Below are positions 18,818-28,293 of a DNA stretch of 64,000 nt, in pieces. Within the stretch, counting starts at the first letter, position 1; each line of letters opens with the position of its first letter. The stretch is taken from the NCBI GenBank assembly GCA_963771465.1, contig CAVYTU010000016.1, forward strand, positions 1 through 64,000. Reading direction: 5' to 3'. The notes beneath the pieces are model-generated. The model had not been told where the DNA came from and searched no databases. It saw only the letters and a program-made list of their open reading frames with translations. This stretch comes from an uncultured delta proteobacterium. GTDB taxonomy: Bacteria; Desulfobacterota; Binatia; UBA9968. Made by a program: the position numbers and the translations under genes.

Positions 18818-19132
18818 ATGGAAATTCCGCAGATTCAAATCCACGAGGCGAAAAAGAAACTCGATGAAAAGAGTTGCGTCTTTGTCGACATACGCGATCC
18901 CGGGTCCTACGGCCAGGCGCACATTCCCGGCGCGATTCACCTAAGCGACGGCAACGTGCAGGAGTTCTTGCAGAACACGGCGAAGGACCAAAACGTCGTC
19001 GTTTATTGCTACCACGGCAACAGCAGCATGGGCGCGACGGCGTTCTTGATCGAGAATGGTTTTACCAATGTCGCAAGCATGAGCGGCGGGTTCGAAGCTT
19101 GGCGGCCGGTTTATGAGCACGATGCCGATTAA
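18818..19132 (+). CDS. glpE: Thiosulfate sulfurtransferase (single-domain rhodanese)
   Basis: GAGG RBS; VDIRDP, HIPGA and active loop YCYHGNSS. Confidence 0.9.
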   Translation: MEIPQIQIHEAKKKLDEKSCVFVDIRDPGSYGQAHIPGAIHLSDGNVQEFLQNTAKDQNVVVYCYHGNSSMGATAFLIENGFTNVASMSGGFEAWRPVYEHDAD

Positions 19133-19201
19133 GAACGTTTAGCGTCTTGGTGCTGGCGTTGAAGACTGGACACTAGACTGCGACGGTGAAAGGAAGTTTT
19201 C

Positions 19202-20155
19202 ATGAGCGTCATAATAGGAAGCGGTGATTTTCGCTACCAAGTGATTGAAGGCTTCGGCCAACTGCCCGACGGCTGGACGTTTCATGAAGTGGCGGCGGTG
19301 GCGGTCGACAACAAGGACCAGCTTTACTGTTTTACCCGTGGCAAACATCCGGTGATCGTGTTCGACCGCGATGGCAATTTTCTGCGCTCCTGGGGCGACG
19401 GCGTGTTCAAGCGCGCCCACGGCGCGACCATCGGACCCGAGGACACGCTTTTTCTCACCGATGACGGCGACCACACCGTGCGTAAATGCTCTTTGGACGG
19501 AAAAATTTTGATGACCATCGGCGTACCGGGAAACTCGGCGCCGTATCAAAGCGGTGAGCCGTTCAACCGCTGCACTCATGTCGCGTTCTCGCCGCAGGGA
19601 GATATTTACGTCTCCGACGGCTACGGCAACTCGCGCGTGCACAAGTATTCGCCGAATGGAAAATTATTGCTCTCGTGGGGCGAATCGGGCACCGATCCTG
19701 GACAGTTCAACATCGTGCATAACATCGTTACCGACAAAGAAGGTTGGGTTTACGTCGCCGACCGGGAAAACAACCGCGTGCAGGTTTTCGACGGCAACGG
19801 CAAGTATGAAACTCAATGGAACAACATGCATCGGCCCTGCGCGCTCTACATGGACACGACGGGCAAAGAACCGGTTTGTTACGTCGGCGAGCTCGGCCCG
19901 GGCTTGGGCGTGAACCTGAACGCGCCGAATCTTGGCAACCGCGTCGATATCTACGACAAAAAAGGCAAACGGTTGGCACGGCTGGGCGATATCTTCGCCG
20001 GTGAAAAGCCCGGGCAATTCATCGCGCCGCATGGCCTCGCCATCGATTCGGGCGGCGATATCTATGTCGGTGAAGTGTCGTGGACGATCATGGGCCAGCG
20101 TTTGCAGCCGCCGCGCGAGCTGCGCAGCTTGCAAAAATTGAAGAAGCTGAATTGA
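19202..20155 (+). CDS. NHL-repeat (PAL-like) beta-propeller protein
   Basis: Repeated YVSDGYGNSRV / YVADRENNRVQVFD / PHGLAIDS. Confidence 0.9.
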   Translation: MSVIIGSGDFRYQVIEGFGQLPDGWTFHEVAAVAVDNKDQLYCFTRGKHPVIVFDRDGNFLRSWGDGVFKRAHGATIGPEDTLFLTDDGDHTVRKCSLDGKILMTIGVPGNSAPYQSGEPFNRCTHVAFSPQGDIYVSDGYGNSRVHKYSPNGKLLLSWGESGTDPGQFNIVHNIVTDKEGWVYVADRENNRVQVFDGNGKYETQWNNMHRPCALYMDTTGKEPVCYVGELGPGLGVNLNAPNLGNRVDIYDKKGKRLARLGDIFAGEKPGQFIAPHGLAIDSGGDIYVGEVSWTIMGQRLQPPRELRSLQKLKKLN

Positions 20156-20173
20156 GGATCGGAAAATTAGCCT

Positions 20174-20198
20174 CAAAGAGCGCAAAGGGCGCAAAAAA
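20174..20198. repeat. 9-mer tandem repeat CAAAGRGCG
   Basis: caaagagcg caaagggcg caaaaaa in an intergenic gap. Confidence 0.5.
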
Positions 20199-20215
20199 TA
20201 GTTCGAGGGTGATCT

Positions 20216-21029
20216 ATGCAGAGCAACGTCATTCAGCAGCGCGTGCCGGTGCACGGTGATCCGGGACATTGGATTCATATTTCCCAAAGTCCGCGCCACG
20301 TGCGGGTCATGTTCGGCGGCGAGACGATCGCCGACAGCAAGCGAGTCAAGCTCGTGCGCGAACCGGACATCTTACCTGCGTATTATTTCCCCAGCAGCAG
20401 ATGTTCGCAAGGATCTTTTCGTGCCGAGCCCGAACAAGTTCGATAGGTCGGAGAAGGGTGACGCTTCGTACTGGTCGATTCGAAGCGGGAACAAGACTGC
20501 CGAGAACGCAGCATGGAGTTTTTTGAATCCGTCGCCCGAGGCGAGCGCGATCAAGGATCATTTCGCCTTCGAGTGGAGCCAGATGGACAAGTGGATGGAA
20601 GAAGACGAAGAGATCTTCAAGCACGCGCGTGATCCATACAAGCGCGTGGATGCCATGCCGAGCAAGCGCCATGTTCGCGTCGTCATCGATGGACAGACGG
20701 TTGCGGAAACCCGCCGGCCGCATTTAGTTTTCGAAACCAATCACCCGGTCCGCTACTATATTCCGCAAGAGGATGTGCGGATGGATCTGCTGATTCCGAG
20801 CGCGACCACGTCGCGCTGTCCGTACAAGGGACCAGCGTCTTACTGGTCCGTGCAGCTCGGCAACGAAACTTTCGCCGACTTGGTGTGGGGCTACATGGAT
20901 CCCATCGCCGAATGTCCAAAGATCAAAGGACTGGTTTGTTTTTTCCACGAGTGCGGCTGCGACATCTACGTCGACGACGAACTCATGCCGCGGCCCCAGA
21001 CCAAGTGGGCGCGCGGCCTGCGACGCTGA
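20216..21029 (+). pseudogene. Tandem DUF427 (NTP_transf_9) protein with a frameshift near 20390
   Basis: Frame 20216 gives HVRVMFGGETIADS...AYYFP; frame 20256 continues AADVR...KGDASYW and a second domain with CPYKGPASYW; may be a sequencing error. Confidence 0.85.
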
Positions 21030-21045
21030 TTCGAGCGCTGGACTC

Positions 21046-22017
21046 ATGCGCGCGCTTTACTGGGACGGCCACGAGTTACGAGTCGATTCACACTACGCCA
21101 CAGCAAAGTCGACAGTCTCCGGCGAGACCGGCGAAGGCCAGACGGCGCTCGTAAAAGTTCACCTTGCCGGAATCTGCGCTACCGATTTACAAATTTTCAA
21201 AGGCTACATGGGCTTTACCGGCGTGCCCGGTCATGAGTTTGTCGGGTCGGTCAGTGAAGGGTTCGGCGAATGGGTCGGCAAGCGCGTCGTCGGAGAAATC
21301 AATTTCGGCTGCGGCCGCTGTGAGAACTGCCGACGCGATTTGAGCCGCCATTGTCCGAACCGTCGCGTGATGGGCATCCTCAATGCCGACGGCGCGTTCG
21401 CCGAATATGTATCGGTGCCGGTGGCAAATCTATACGCGGTTCCCGATAACGTCAGCGACGAGGAAGCTGTATTTACCGAACCGCTGGCCGCGGCGTTTGA
21501 GATTCCCACTCAAATCCAACTCAATCCCGGGGACGAAGTGCTCGTGCTCGGCGACGGTAAGCTTGGCAACTTATGTGCGCAAGTGCTGCGCTTGAGCGGC
21601 GCGAGGATAACCGCGCTCGGCAAGCATGCCGATAAACTCGCCTTGATCAAGAAATCCGGCGTAAGAACGGTGCTGTTGAACGATTGGCAAGCGCGATTGT
21701 TCGATGTCGTCGTCGAAGCAACCGGTTCCGCCGCGGGATTGGAGCTGGCGCTCAGCGCGGTGCGGCCGCGCGGCACCTTGGTTCTCAAAAGCACCATCGC
21801 GGCAGTGCACCAAGTGTCGTTGGCGCCGGTTGTCATCAACGAGATCAACGTCATCGGCTCGCGCTGCGGGCCCTTCGCTGACGCACTCGATGCGCTTTCG
21901 GCAAAACGCGTGGCGGTGACGCCGTTGATCGACGCGGTCTATGCTTTGGCCAATGGCGTTTCAGCGTCGCAGCATGCGGCGCAAGCCGGAGCGAAAAAGA
22001 TTCTGCTGCGGCCGTGA
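21046..22017 (+). CDS. Zn-dependent MDR alcohol dehydrogenase
   Basis: GICATD, GHEFVG, CGRCENC..HC and GDGKLG. Confidence 0.93.
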   Translation: MRALYWDGHELRVDSHYATAKSTVSGETGEGQTALVKVHLAGICATDLQIFKGYMGFTGVPGHEFVGSVSEGFGEWVGKRVVGEINFGCGRCENCRRDLSRHCPNRRVMGILNADGAFAEYVSVPVANLYAVPDNVSDEEAVFTEPLAAAFEIPTQIQLNPGDEVLVLGDGKLGNLCAQVLRLSGARITALGKHADKLALIKKSGVRTVLLNDWQARLFDVVVEATGSAAGLELALSAVRPRGTLVLKSTIAAVHQVSLAPVVINEINVIGSRCGPFADALDALSAKRVAVTPLIDAVYALANGVSASQHAAQAGAKKILLRP

Positions 22018-22117
22018 TCCCGGCGATTGAATCTTCGTAAATGCACAATCTCCCGAAACAATAATTCCCCCGGGCGCGCTTTTTGAAAAACGGCGCACGA
22101 CTTCCGGTATGTCAATT

Positions 22118-22979
22118 CTAGCGTGACTGGCGCCCGGTAGTTGGCTTGCCGGCGAGTCCTTCGACAAAGTCTTTTGCGGTGGCGAGGTCGTAGGCATAGA
22201 GTCGGCGCGCCATGGCGATGGCGCCAATCTTATCGCCGGATTCGGCTAATTCTAAAAGGCAGAGCTTCTTGTTCCGCGCGAGCTGAGCCCTTCTAGATGG
22301 ACAAAATCTTTGCTGGTTTCGGTCGTCGGTCGAATCAACGTATGGCGACTCAGCGCGTTCAAGAAGAGTTTGTGCGTTGGGAACGACGTTCCACTCGATC
22401 TGCAATCGATCCGGCGCGGCCAGCCGAACCGGTAGGTGGTGAAATCGCGCTGAGATTTTGCCGAGGTTCTTGCCGTCGAAGGCGTGAGCGCGCTCGCGAG
22501 TGAGAGCGTCGGCCAGTTCTTTAGTTTCAGTCGCCAGTTCCAATTCCACCAATTTTTGCGTCTTGGTCATTGTGGTCGGCCCGCCGTTGTCTCTATCCGG
22601 GACGTCCTGCTTCTGCAGAATAAATCGCGCGGAACGAATCTCTGCATGCGCAATAAATACGACGGTAAAACCCTGCGCGGGGAAATGATCATTTAGGTAG
22701 GAGCGAAATTTGATGAATAACCCTTGGTCGGTCAGCCGGACGAGCCAGTTGGATGGCCGGAAGCGTGCGCTGATCATCTTTCTAAAAATGAAAAATGACA
22801 GCAATATAACCGCGGCAAGATAATAGCCAAGCCAGGAATGGGTTACCCAACTGAGAACCGCGGCGGTTACGGCTGCGATGAGCAGAATTATTGAGCCGAA
22901 GCAGCGCGCGGCTGCGGGAATAGGCGAAGATTCGGTCGCGGTCAGTGGCCATTACATCGGCCAAGCGCATGAGCTGCAT
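22118..22979 (-). pseudogene. Membrane protein with L7/L12-like C-terminal domain, several frameshifts
   Basis: Start 22979 shifts near 22898 into TM segment GSIILLIAAV..; further apparent compensating indels at about 22260-22360; ends GDKIGAIAMARRLYAYDLATAKDFVEGL. Confidence 0.6.
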
Positions 22980-23029
22980 GATGATTTGCGCGAATTACAG
23001 AATGATCGCGGGGAATTTCAGCCCGAGCT

Positions 23030-23782
23030 CTAGCTATCTTGGAGCAACGGTTTTAGTTGAAGAAAGAATTCCCCGATGGCGCCATTGTGAACGAAGTCGG
23101 CAAGATCGTCGAGCGGCGTCGCATCGCGGTTGACGATGGCGAGAAGCGCGCCGCTGCGTTTGGCGATGACGGGGAACGAAGCCGCCGGTTGCACCTGCAA
23201 GGATGAGCCGATGACGATGAAGATATCGGCTTGCTCGCTCCAGCGTTGCGCGCGCTGCATCGCTTCGACCGGCATCGATTGGCCGAACGAGATGTTGGCT
23301 GATTTAAGAAAGCCGCCGCAGGCGTCGCAGGTCGGTGTCGGCAGTCCGTCGTGCCAGTTTTCGTAGACCGCCGCAGGTTGAAAAACTTTGCCGCACTTGA
23401 GGCAGGTCACCAAACGATCGGTGCCGTGCAGTTCGACCAGCTTCGCTTCGGAAGTGCCGGCGATCTTGTGCAGGCCGTCGATATTCTGCGTGATCAGGCC
23501 GAGAAGTTGGCCGCGCTGCTCGAATTCGCAAATCGCCTGGTGGCCAAAGTTAGGCTTGACGGTTTGGAAGAGTTCGTAGGTGGCTTTTTTCAGTTGCCAG
23601 TGCTGCACGCGCGCGGCTTCACCGGCTATGAAGTCCTGGAACAGCACCGGCTGATACTTGGTCCAGACCCCGCCGGGGCTGCGAAAGTCCGGCACGCCGG
23701 ATTCGGTGCTGATGCCGGCGCCGGTAAAAAAGACCATGGCGCTGGACTTTTTCAAGCGCGCGGCGAATTCCTCGATCCGCAT
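23030..23782 (-). CDS. cobB: NAD-dependent protein deacylase (Sir2 family)
   Basis: TGAGISTESGVPDFR, TQNIDGLH, ELHG, CxxC/CxxC and GSSLQVQPAA. Confidence 0.93.
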   Translation of the reverse strand: MRIEEFAARLKKSSAMVFFTGAGISTESGVPDFRSPGGVWTKYQPVLFQDFIAGEAARVQHWQLKKATYELFQTVKPNFGHQAICEFEQRGQLLGLITQNIDGLHKIAGTSEAKLVELHGTDRLVTCLKCGKVFQPAAVYENWHDGLPTPTCDACGGFLKSANISFGQSMPVEAMQRAQRWSEQADIFIVIGSSLQVQPAASFPVIAKRSGALLAIVNRDATPLDDLADFVHNGAIGEFFLQLKPLLQDS

Positions 23783-23805
23783 CGTCAGGGGTCTTTCTTT
23801 AATGA

Positions 23806-24435
23806 TTACTTCTTTGCCGGCTCCGCCGGTTTCACCGGCTCAACAGGCTTAGCCGGTTGAGCAGGCTTCGCCGGTTGCACCGGCGCGGCGGACTTGGCCG
23901 GCGGCGTAGGCGGCGGCGGTGGATCTTGGATGTCGACGATTTTCACGTCGAAGACCAGCGTTTTCCCGGCCATCGGATGGTTCATGTCCATCACCACGGT
24001 CTTCTCTTTGATTTCATGAACGCGCATCGGAATCACCCGGCCGTCGGGAGTTTTGGCAGCGAGGGTCGCGCCGACCTTGAGTCCCTCGGGCGGAAGTTTT
24101 TCCTTGGGCACTTCTTCGAAGGCTTTCGCATTCATCGGCCCGTAGGCGTCTTCAGGTTTGACCGTGACATGTTTCTCGCCGCCGACCTTCATGCCGGTGA
24201 GTTCCTTTTCCAGGCCGGGGATCATCATTCTTTGGCCGTGAATATATTTGAGCGGCTCGCGACCTTTGCTTGACTCGATGAGCTTACCGTCGGGACTTTT
24301 GAGCGTGTACTCCATGCTGATCATCATACCGTCTTTGACGATTCGATCGTCCTTGGGTTTTTCGGCGGCGGATACTTGCGTAACAGTTGCTAAGGCTGCG
24401 ATGAGCGTCAGGCGTGAAAATAAATTAAGGCGCAT
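23806..24435 (-). CDS. Exported SlyD-type FKBP peptidyl-prolyl isomerase with Pro/Ala/Lys tail
   Basis: Signal peptide ending VSA; PLKYIHG..MIPGLE, PEDAYG and DMNHPMAGKTLVFDV; tail of PAKPAQ-type repeats. Confidence 0.9.
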   Translation of the reverse strand: MRLNLFSRLTLIAALATVTQVSAAEKPKDDRIVKDGMMISMEYTLKSPDGKLIESSKGREPLKYIHGQRMMIPGLEKELTGMKVGGEKHVTVKPEDAYGPMNAKAFEEVPKEKLPPEGLKVGATLAAKTPDGRVIPMRVHEIKEKTVVMDMNHPMAGKTLVFDVKIVDIQDPPPPPTPPAKSAAPVQPAKPAQPAKPVEPVKPAEPAKK

Positions 24436-24646
24436 GCAGATCTCCAGGGAATAATTTATTCGACAGTGAAATCAGATTACCGGTTGACTGGGGCGAACTC
24501 AATAAAGACGAGGAAAATTCCGACGGCAGTTATGAGACGCCCGAATGCAGAGTCTCGCGACGTTATTTGCCGATGCGTTCGAAGAAACCTTCGCGCTGGA
24601 GAAGCGCGTATTGAGGATCGATTATGGCATGCGATAGCTCTGACCT

Positions 24647-25639
24647 CTAGTATTTTTCTATCACCTGCTTGCCCCACGTTTCCATCACTTGATCATAGAT
24701 CGCGTTGGGTGGTGTGAGCAGGATGCGCTTAATGCCGTCGGCTTCGAGCCGTTTCACTTTGGCGATGCACTCGGCCGGCGTGCCGGCGATGGTGAAACGT
24801 TCGAGCAGGTAGTCAGTGACAAAATTCGGGTCGACCCGTTCTTCGATGGGCTTCGAAATATCGAAATTGTCCATGAACGTCTTTATGCCGGCGGCTTCCC
24901 CTTCCGGCACGGTTTCCATGGTGAAGCGAAAATTATGGTGCGCGCGGTTGGCCATGCGGCTGCGCACGAGCTGGCGCGCGCGCTCGCCGTCATCGTCGAC
25001 GACGATCATGCCGGCGGGCATGAGGTCGACTTCCTCCGGCTTTCGCCCTTCCTCTTTCGCGCCCGCGGCGACTTGTTGGCGCGCCCAGTCGGTGACGCGC
25101 TTGTCGAAACCGGTGCCGAGAATGATGCCATCGCAGGTGCGGCCGGCGACGCGCAACGTCTTCGGTCCTTCGGCGGAAATATAAATCGGCACCGGACGCT
25201 TGCCGGCTTTCAATTTCACATTGCCGCCGTGGCGTTCTTTGCTCTTGGGCACGTCAACGCCGCGGTCGTGCAACAGGTCGCGCATCACGCGCAGCCCTTT
25301 TTCGAACTCCACCAACTTGGTTGCCGTTCTGCCCAGGCTGTAAACCGGGCCGTCGCCGGTGCCCATACCGACAATGGCCCGGCCATTGGAGATTTCATTT
25401 AACGTCGCGAAGGAACAGGCCGTGATCGTCGGATCGCGATAGACCATGTTGGTCACGGCGGTGCCCAAGCGAATCTTCTTGGTATTCACGGCGCACAGCG
25501 CCATCGTCTGATAGGGATCGACGTTGTTCATCTGACTGTCGGCGAAGAAGATCGCTTCGAAACCGAGCGCCTCGGCGCGTTTGGCGCGGTCGACCGCTTC
25601 CTCAACCGTACGCGCCGAACCATGCAAACAGAAGTTCAT
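24647..25639 (-). CDS. LLM-class flavin/F420-dependent oxidoreductase
   Basis: AGGAG RBS before MNFCL; TKKIRLGTAVTN, ISNGRAIVGMGTGD and PIYISAEGPK. Confidence 0.92.
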   Translation of the reverse strand: MNFCLHGSARTVEEAVDRAKRAEALGFEAIFFADSQMNNVDPYQTMALCAVNTKKIRLGTAVTNMVYRDPTITACSFATLNEISNGRAIVGMGTGDGPVYSLGRTATKLVEFEKGLRVMRDLLHDRGVDVPKSKERHGGNVKLKAGKRPVPIYISAEGPKTLRVAGRTCDGIILGTGFDKRVTDWARQQVAAGAKEEGRKPEEVDLMPAGMIVVDDDGERARQLVRSRMANRAHHNFRFTMETVPEGEAAGIKTFMDNFDISKPIEERVDPNFVTDYLLERFTIAGTPAECIAKVKRLEADGIKRILLTPPNAIYDQVMETWGKQVIEKY

Positions 25640-25652
25640 AGAAGCTCCTTCA

Positions 25653-25752
25653 AATGGATAAGGAATAATTGAAAATGGATAATGGATAATGGAAAATTCC
25701 CGGTCCGAGAAGTCATCCTCCATTATCAATTTTCAATTATCCATTTTCAATT
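25653..25752. repeat. AATGGAT/AATTGAA heptamer repeats with inverted arm
   Basis: aattgaa aatggat aatggat aatggaa aatt ... tccatt atcaatt ttcaatt atccatt ttcaatt; overlaps the MFS 3' end. Confidence 0.9.
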
Positions 25753-27004
25753 CATTCTTCATGTGCCAGCGCACGCAAGCGTGAATCGCCAGGCCGGAAA
25801 TGACGAAGCAAATGAGACATAGGACAAACGCCCACGCGTACGAGCCCGTCACGTCAAACAGGTAACCGCCGATCCATGATCCAAATGCGCTGCCGAAGCC
25901 GAAACTGATCTCTAAGAAACCGAAGATGACTCCGATCTTGTGTCCGGAAAAAATATCGCTGATGACCGCGCCGTAGGTCGGGTTGCCGGCGCTGTGGCCG
26001 ATGCCGTAGAGCACGATGGTGAGATAGACGAGCCAAAGCGGCGCGCCGACGGTCATCGCCACCATGCAGCCGACGCCGAGAGCGGTGACAAAGGTGGCGA
26101 CGCCGTAGGTTTTGTTTCGTCCGATGCGATCGGAAAGCGTTCCCCAAACGACCGTCGCGCCAATGCGGATAAAACCCATGAGGCCAAAGTAAAAAGACGC
26201 CGCCAGCTTTTCGTAACCGACGACGACGAAGTGGGCGATGACGTGGGTATTGATCAAAAAGAGCGCCGTGCCGAGGGCAAGATGGCCCACGGTGATGCAC
26301 CAAAATGGAAACGACCGCACCGCCTCGCCAAGCGTCCAATCGCGGCTGGCGCCGTTGGCGTTCGAGTGACGCCCGATGCCTGCTTGCGTCGATGGCGCGC
26401 TATCGCCGTCGGGAAACTGGCCGACGTCTTGCGGGCTGCGGCGTTGGAGCAAAGCATTGGCTGGCGCGAGAAAAAATAACATCACGCTGCCGGTCAGGAT
26501 GTAGGCCCAGCGCCAACCCATGTAGTCGATCAGCAACTGCGTCGACGGTACCATGACCAATGCGCCCAAACCTTGTCCCATCGAGGCGATGCCGATGGCG
26601 GTGGCGCGCTTGCGCACGAACCAGAACGAGATCAGCGCGTTGTGGCCGACGAAACTCAGGGCGCCCTGGCCGAGAGCGGTGACGATGCCGTAGGAAAAAT
26701 AGAGTCCCGAAAGGGAGCTCGCAAAGGATGAGAGAATCAAACCGATGCCGACCAAGAAGGCGCCAAGGGGCATGAGCAAGCGCGGGCCGAGGCGGTCAAA
26801 AGCGAGTCCAACCACGGGGGCGGCGATGGCATAGACGACAAAATTAGCCGAGGCGATGGTCGCGCCGTCGCTGCGCGACCAGGAAAACTCTTCGAGCAAA
26901 GCGATGTAATAGACGCCGAAGGCGCCGTTGACGCCGCGCATCACGACCATGTTGGCGAAGCACAGCGCGAGGATGATGTAACCGTAGAAGAACCGGGGGC
27001 GCAT
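25733..27004 (-). CDS. MFS transporter (OFA/YhjX-like)
   Basis: FFYGYII, GLAFDRLGPR and GTLSDRIGR. Confidence 0.92.
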   Translation of the reverse strand: MRPRFFYGYIILALCFANMVVMRGVNGAFGVYYIALLEEFSWSRSDGATIASANFVVYAIAAPVVGLAFDRLGPRLLMPLGAFLVGIGLILSSFASSLSGLYFSYGIVTALGQGALSFVGHNALISFWFVRKRATAIGIASMGQGLGALVMVPSTQLLIDYMGWRWAYILTGSVMLFFLAPANALLQRRSPQDVGQFPDGDSAPSTQAGIGRHSNANGASRDWTLGEAVRSFPFWCITVGHLALGTALFLINTHVIAHFVVVGYEKLAASFYFGLMGFIRIGATVVWGTLSDRIGRNKTYGVATFVTALGVGCMVAMTVGAPLWLVYLTIVLYGIGHSAGNPTYGAVISDIFSGHKIGVIFGFLEISFGFGSAFGSWIGGYLFDVTGSYAWAFVLCLICFVISGLAIHACVRWHMKNELKMDN

Positions 27005-27012
27005 GGGAGAAC

Positions 27013-27089
27013 TGGAGCGTTGGAGTAATGGAGTACTGGAGTGTTGGGTTTAGAGCATTACTCCAGCACTCCAATATTCCACTACTTCA
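27013..27089. repeat. TGGAGTNN octamer repeats with inverted arm
   Basis: tggagcgt tggagtaa tggagtac tggagtgt ... ttactcca gcactcca atattcca ctacttca. Confidence 0.9.
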
Positions 27090-27109
27090 GCCATTCCGCC
27101 GCCGCCCGG

Positions 27110-27670
27110 TTATCTGGCTTCCGCGGCTTTGATGTCTTTGATCTTGACGTCGAAGTTAAGCGTCTTTCCTGCTAGCGGATGATTGAAATCGACGACGACG
27201 GTTTTGTCTTTGACTTCGTGGACGCGGATCGTCACGCTTCGCCCGTCAGGTCCCTTGCTCATTAGCATGGCGCCGGCTTTCTGCGCTTCGGCGGGAATCT
27301 TTTCGCGGGGAATTTCTTGAAAGGCTTTCTCATTGAGCGCACCGTAGCCGTCCTCCGGCTTGATCGAAACTTTTTTCTGGTCGCCGACTTTCAAGCCGTC
27401 CAGTTCTCGCTCCAAACCTTTGACGATCTGTCCCGCGCCTTGGAGATAGGCGAGCGGTTCCTTGCCGACGTTGGTGTCGAGGACCGTGCCGCTGTCGTCG
27501 GTGAGCGTATATTCGATCGACACGAGTGAGCCTTCTTGAACCATCGAACCGGGCTTCAACGTGATTGCTTGCTGGGTTTGGCCGCCGCCGGGACCGGCAA
27601 GGCTCGTGAGTAAGAACAACACGGCGGTGACCGCGCCACTGATCACCAGTAGACCGAGAAGTTTTTTCAT
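27110..27670 (-). CDS. Second exported/anchored SlyD-type FKBP
   Basis: MKKLLGLLVISG hydrophobic N-terminus; PLAYLQGAGQIVKGLE and DFNHPLAGKTLNFDV. Confidence 0.9.
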   Translation of the reverse strand: MKKLLGLLVISGAVTAVLFLLTSLAGPGGGQTQQAITLKPGSMVQEGSLVSIEYTLTDDSGTVLDTNVGKEPLAYLQGAGQIVKGLERELDGLKVGDQKKVSIKPEDGYGALNEKAFQEIPREKIPAEAQKAGAMLMSKGPDGRSVTIRVHEVKDKTVVVDFNHPLAGKTLNFDVKIKDIKAAEAR

Positions 27671-27774
27671 AAAAATTATTGTCAAACCATTGAGTTGCCT
27701 CAATGGCAAGGTCAAGCGTATCGGGCTAATTGCAACTCGGGACGCTTCACTCTAGACACTGGGCTCTCACCGGA

Positions 27775-28200
27775 TTAGCAAGGCTTGAACTTCGGCAGCG
27801 TGATGCCGTCGCCGCTGTCTTCGAAGACAACCTGCACCGGCATATCGATCTTAACTTGCTCGATGGGACAACCGATGACGTTGCTGCAAAGGCGCGGGCC
27901 GTCGTCGAGATCGACCCAGGCGGTCACATAGGGAATGTCGGGAGCGAAGCCGCGCAGCGCGGTGCCGACGACTTCACGAATAATGGTAAAGCAAAATACT
28001 TTTCCTTTACCATTGACTTGAACCCAGTCGAGCTTCTCGCTAGCACAATCGCCGCACACCGGGCGCGGCGGGAAAACCCAAGTTGTGCAGTTGGCGCACT
28101 TTTGCATCATCAGTTTGCCGGCCTTGGCGGCGTCCCAGAACGGCTGATTGACTGGGGTTACTTCGGGGAGTGGTTTCTTCGCTACTTTTTCTTCTGCCAT
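27775..28200 (-). CDS. DUF35/ChsH2-like Zn-ribbon OB-fold protein
   Basis: PFWDAAKAGKL, CANC..PPRPVCGDC and PYVTAWVDLDDGPR. Confidence 0.92.
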   Translation of the reverse strand: MAEEKVAKKPLPEVTPVNQPFWDAAKAGKLMMQKCANCTTWVFPPRPVCGDCASEKLDWVQVNGKGKVFCFTIIREVVGTALRGFAPDIPYVTAWVDLDDGPRLCSNVIGCPIEQVKIDMPVQVVFEDSGDGITLPKFKPC

Positions 28201-28215
28201 TTTTAAACTCCTAGA

Positions 28216-28291
28216 TCGTGCTCGTGTTTCGTGTTCGTGATTCGGAATCGGATCTAATCTTGACGTTCACGAGCCACGATCACGAACACGA
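28216..28291. repeat. TCGTGN hexamer repeats with inverted arm
   Basis: tcgtgc tcgtgt t tcgtgt tcgtga ... tcacga gc cacga t cacga a cacga; inside the thiolase-DUF35 operon gap. Confidence 0.9.
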
Positions 28292-28293
28292 TT

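Noticed and set aside
23030-23782. Sir2 protein as an anti-phage NADase (Thoeris/DSR)
   Set aside because: Canonical Zn-finger CobB-type deacylase with no defence partners
24647-25729. N-terminal extension MIMEDDFSDREFSIIHYPFSII of the LLM ORF
   Set aside because: It is a translation of the heptamer repeat; the RBS supports a start at 25639
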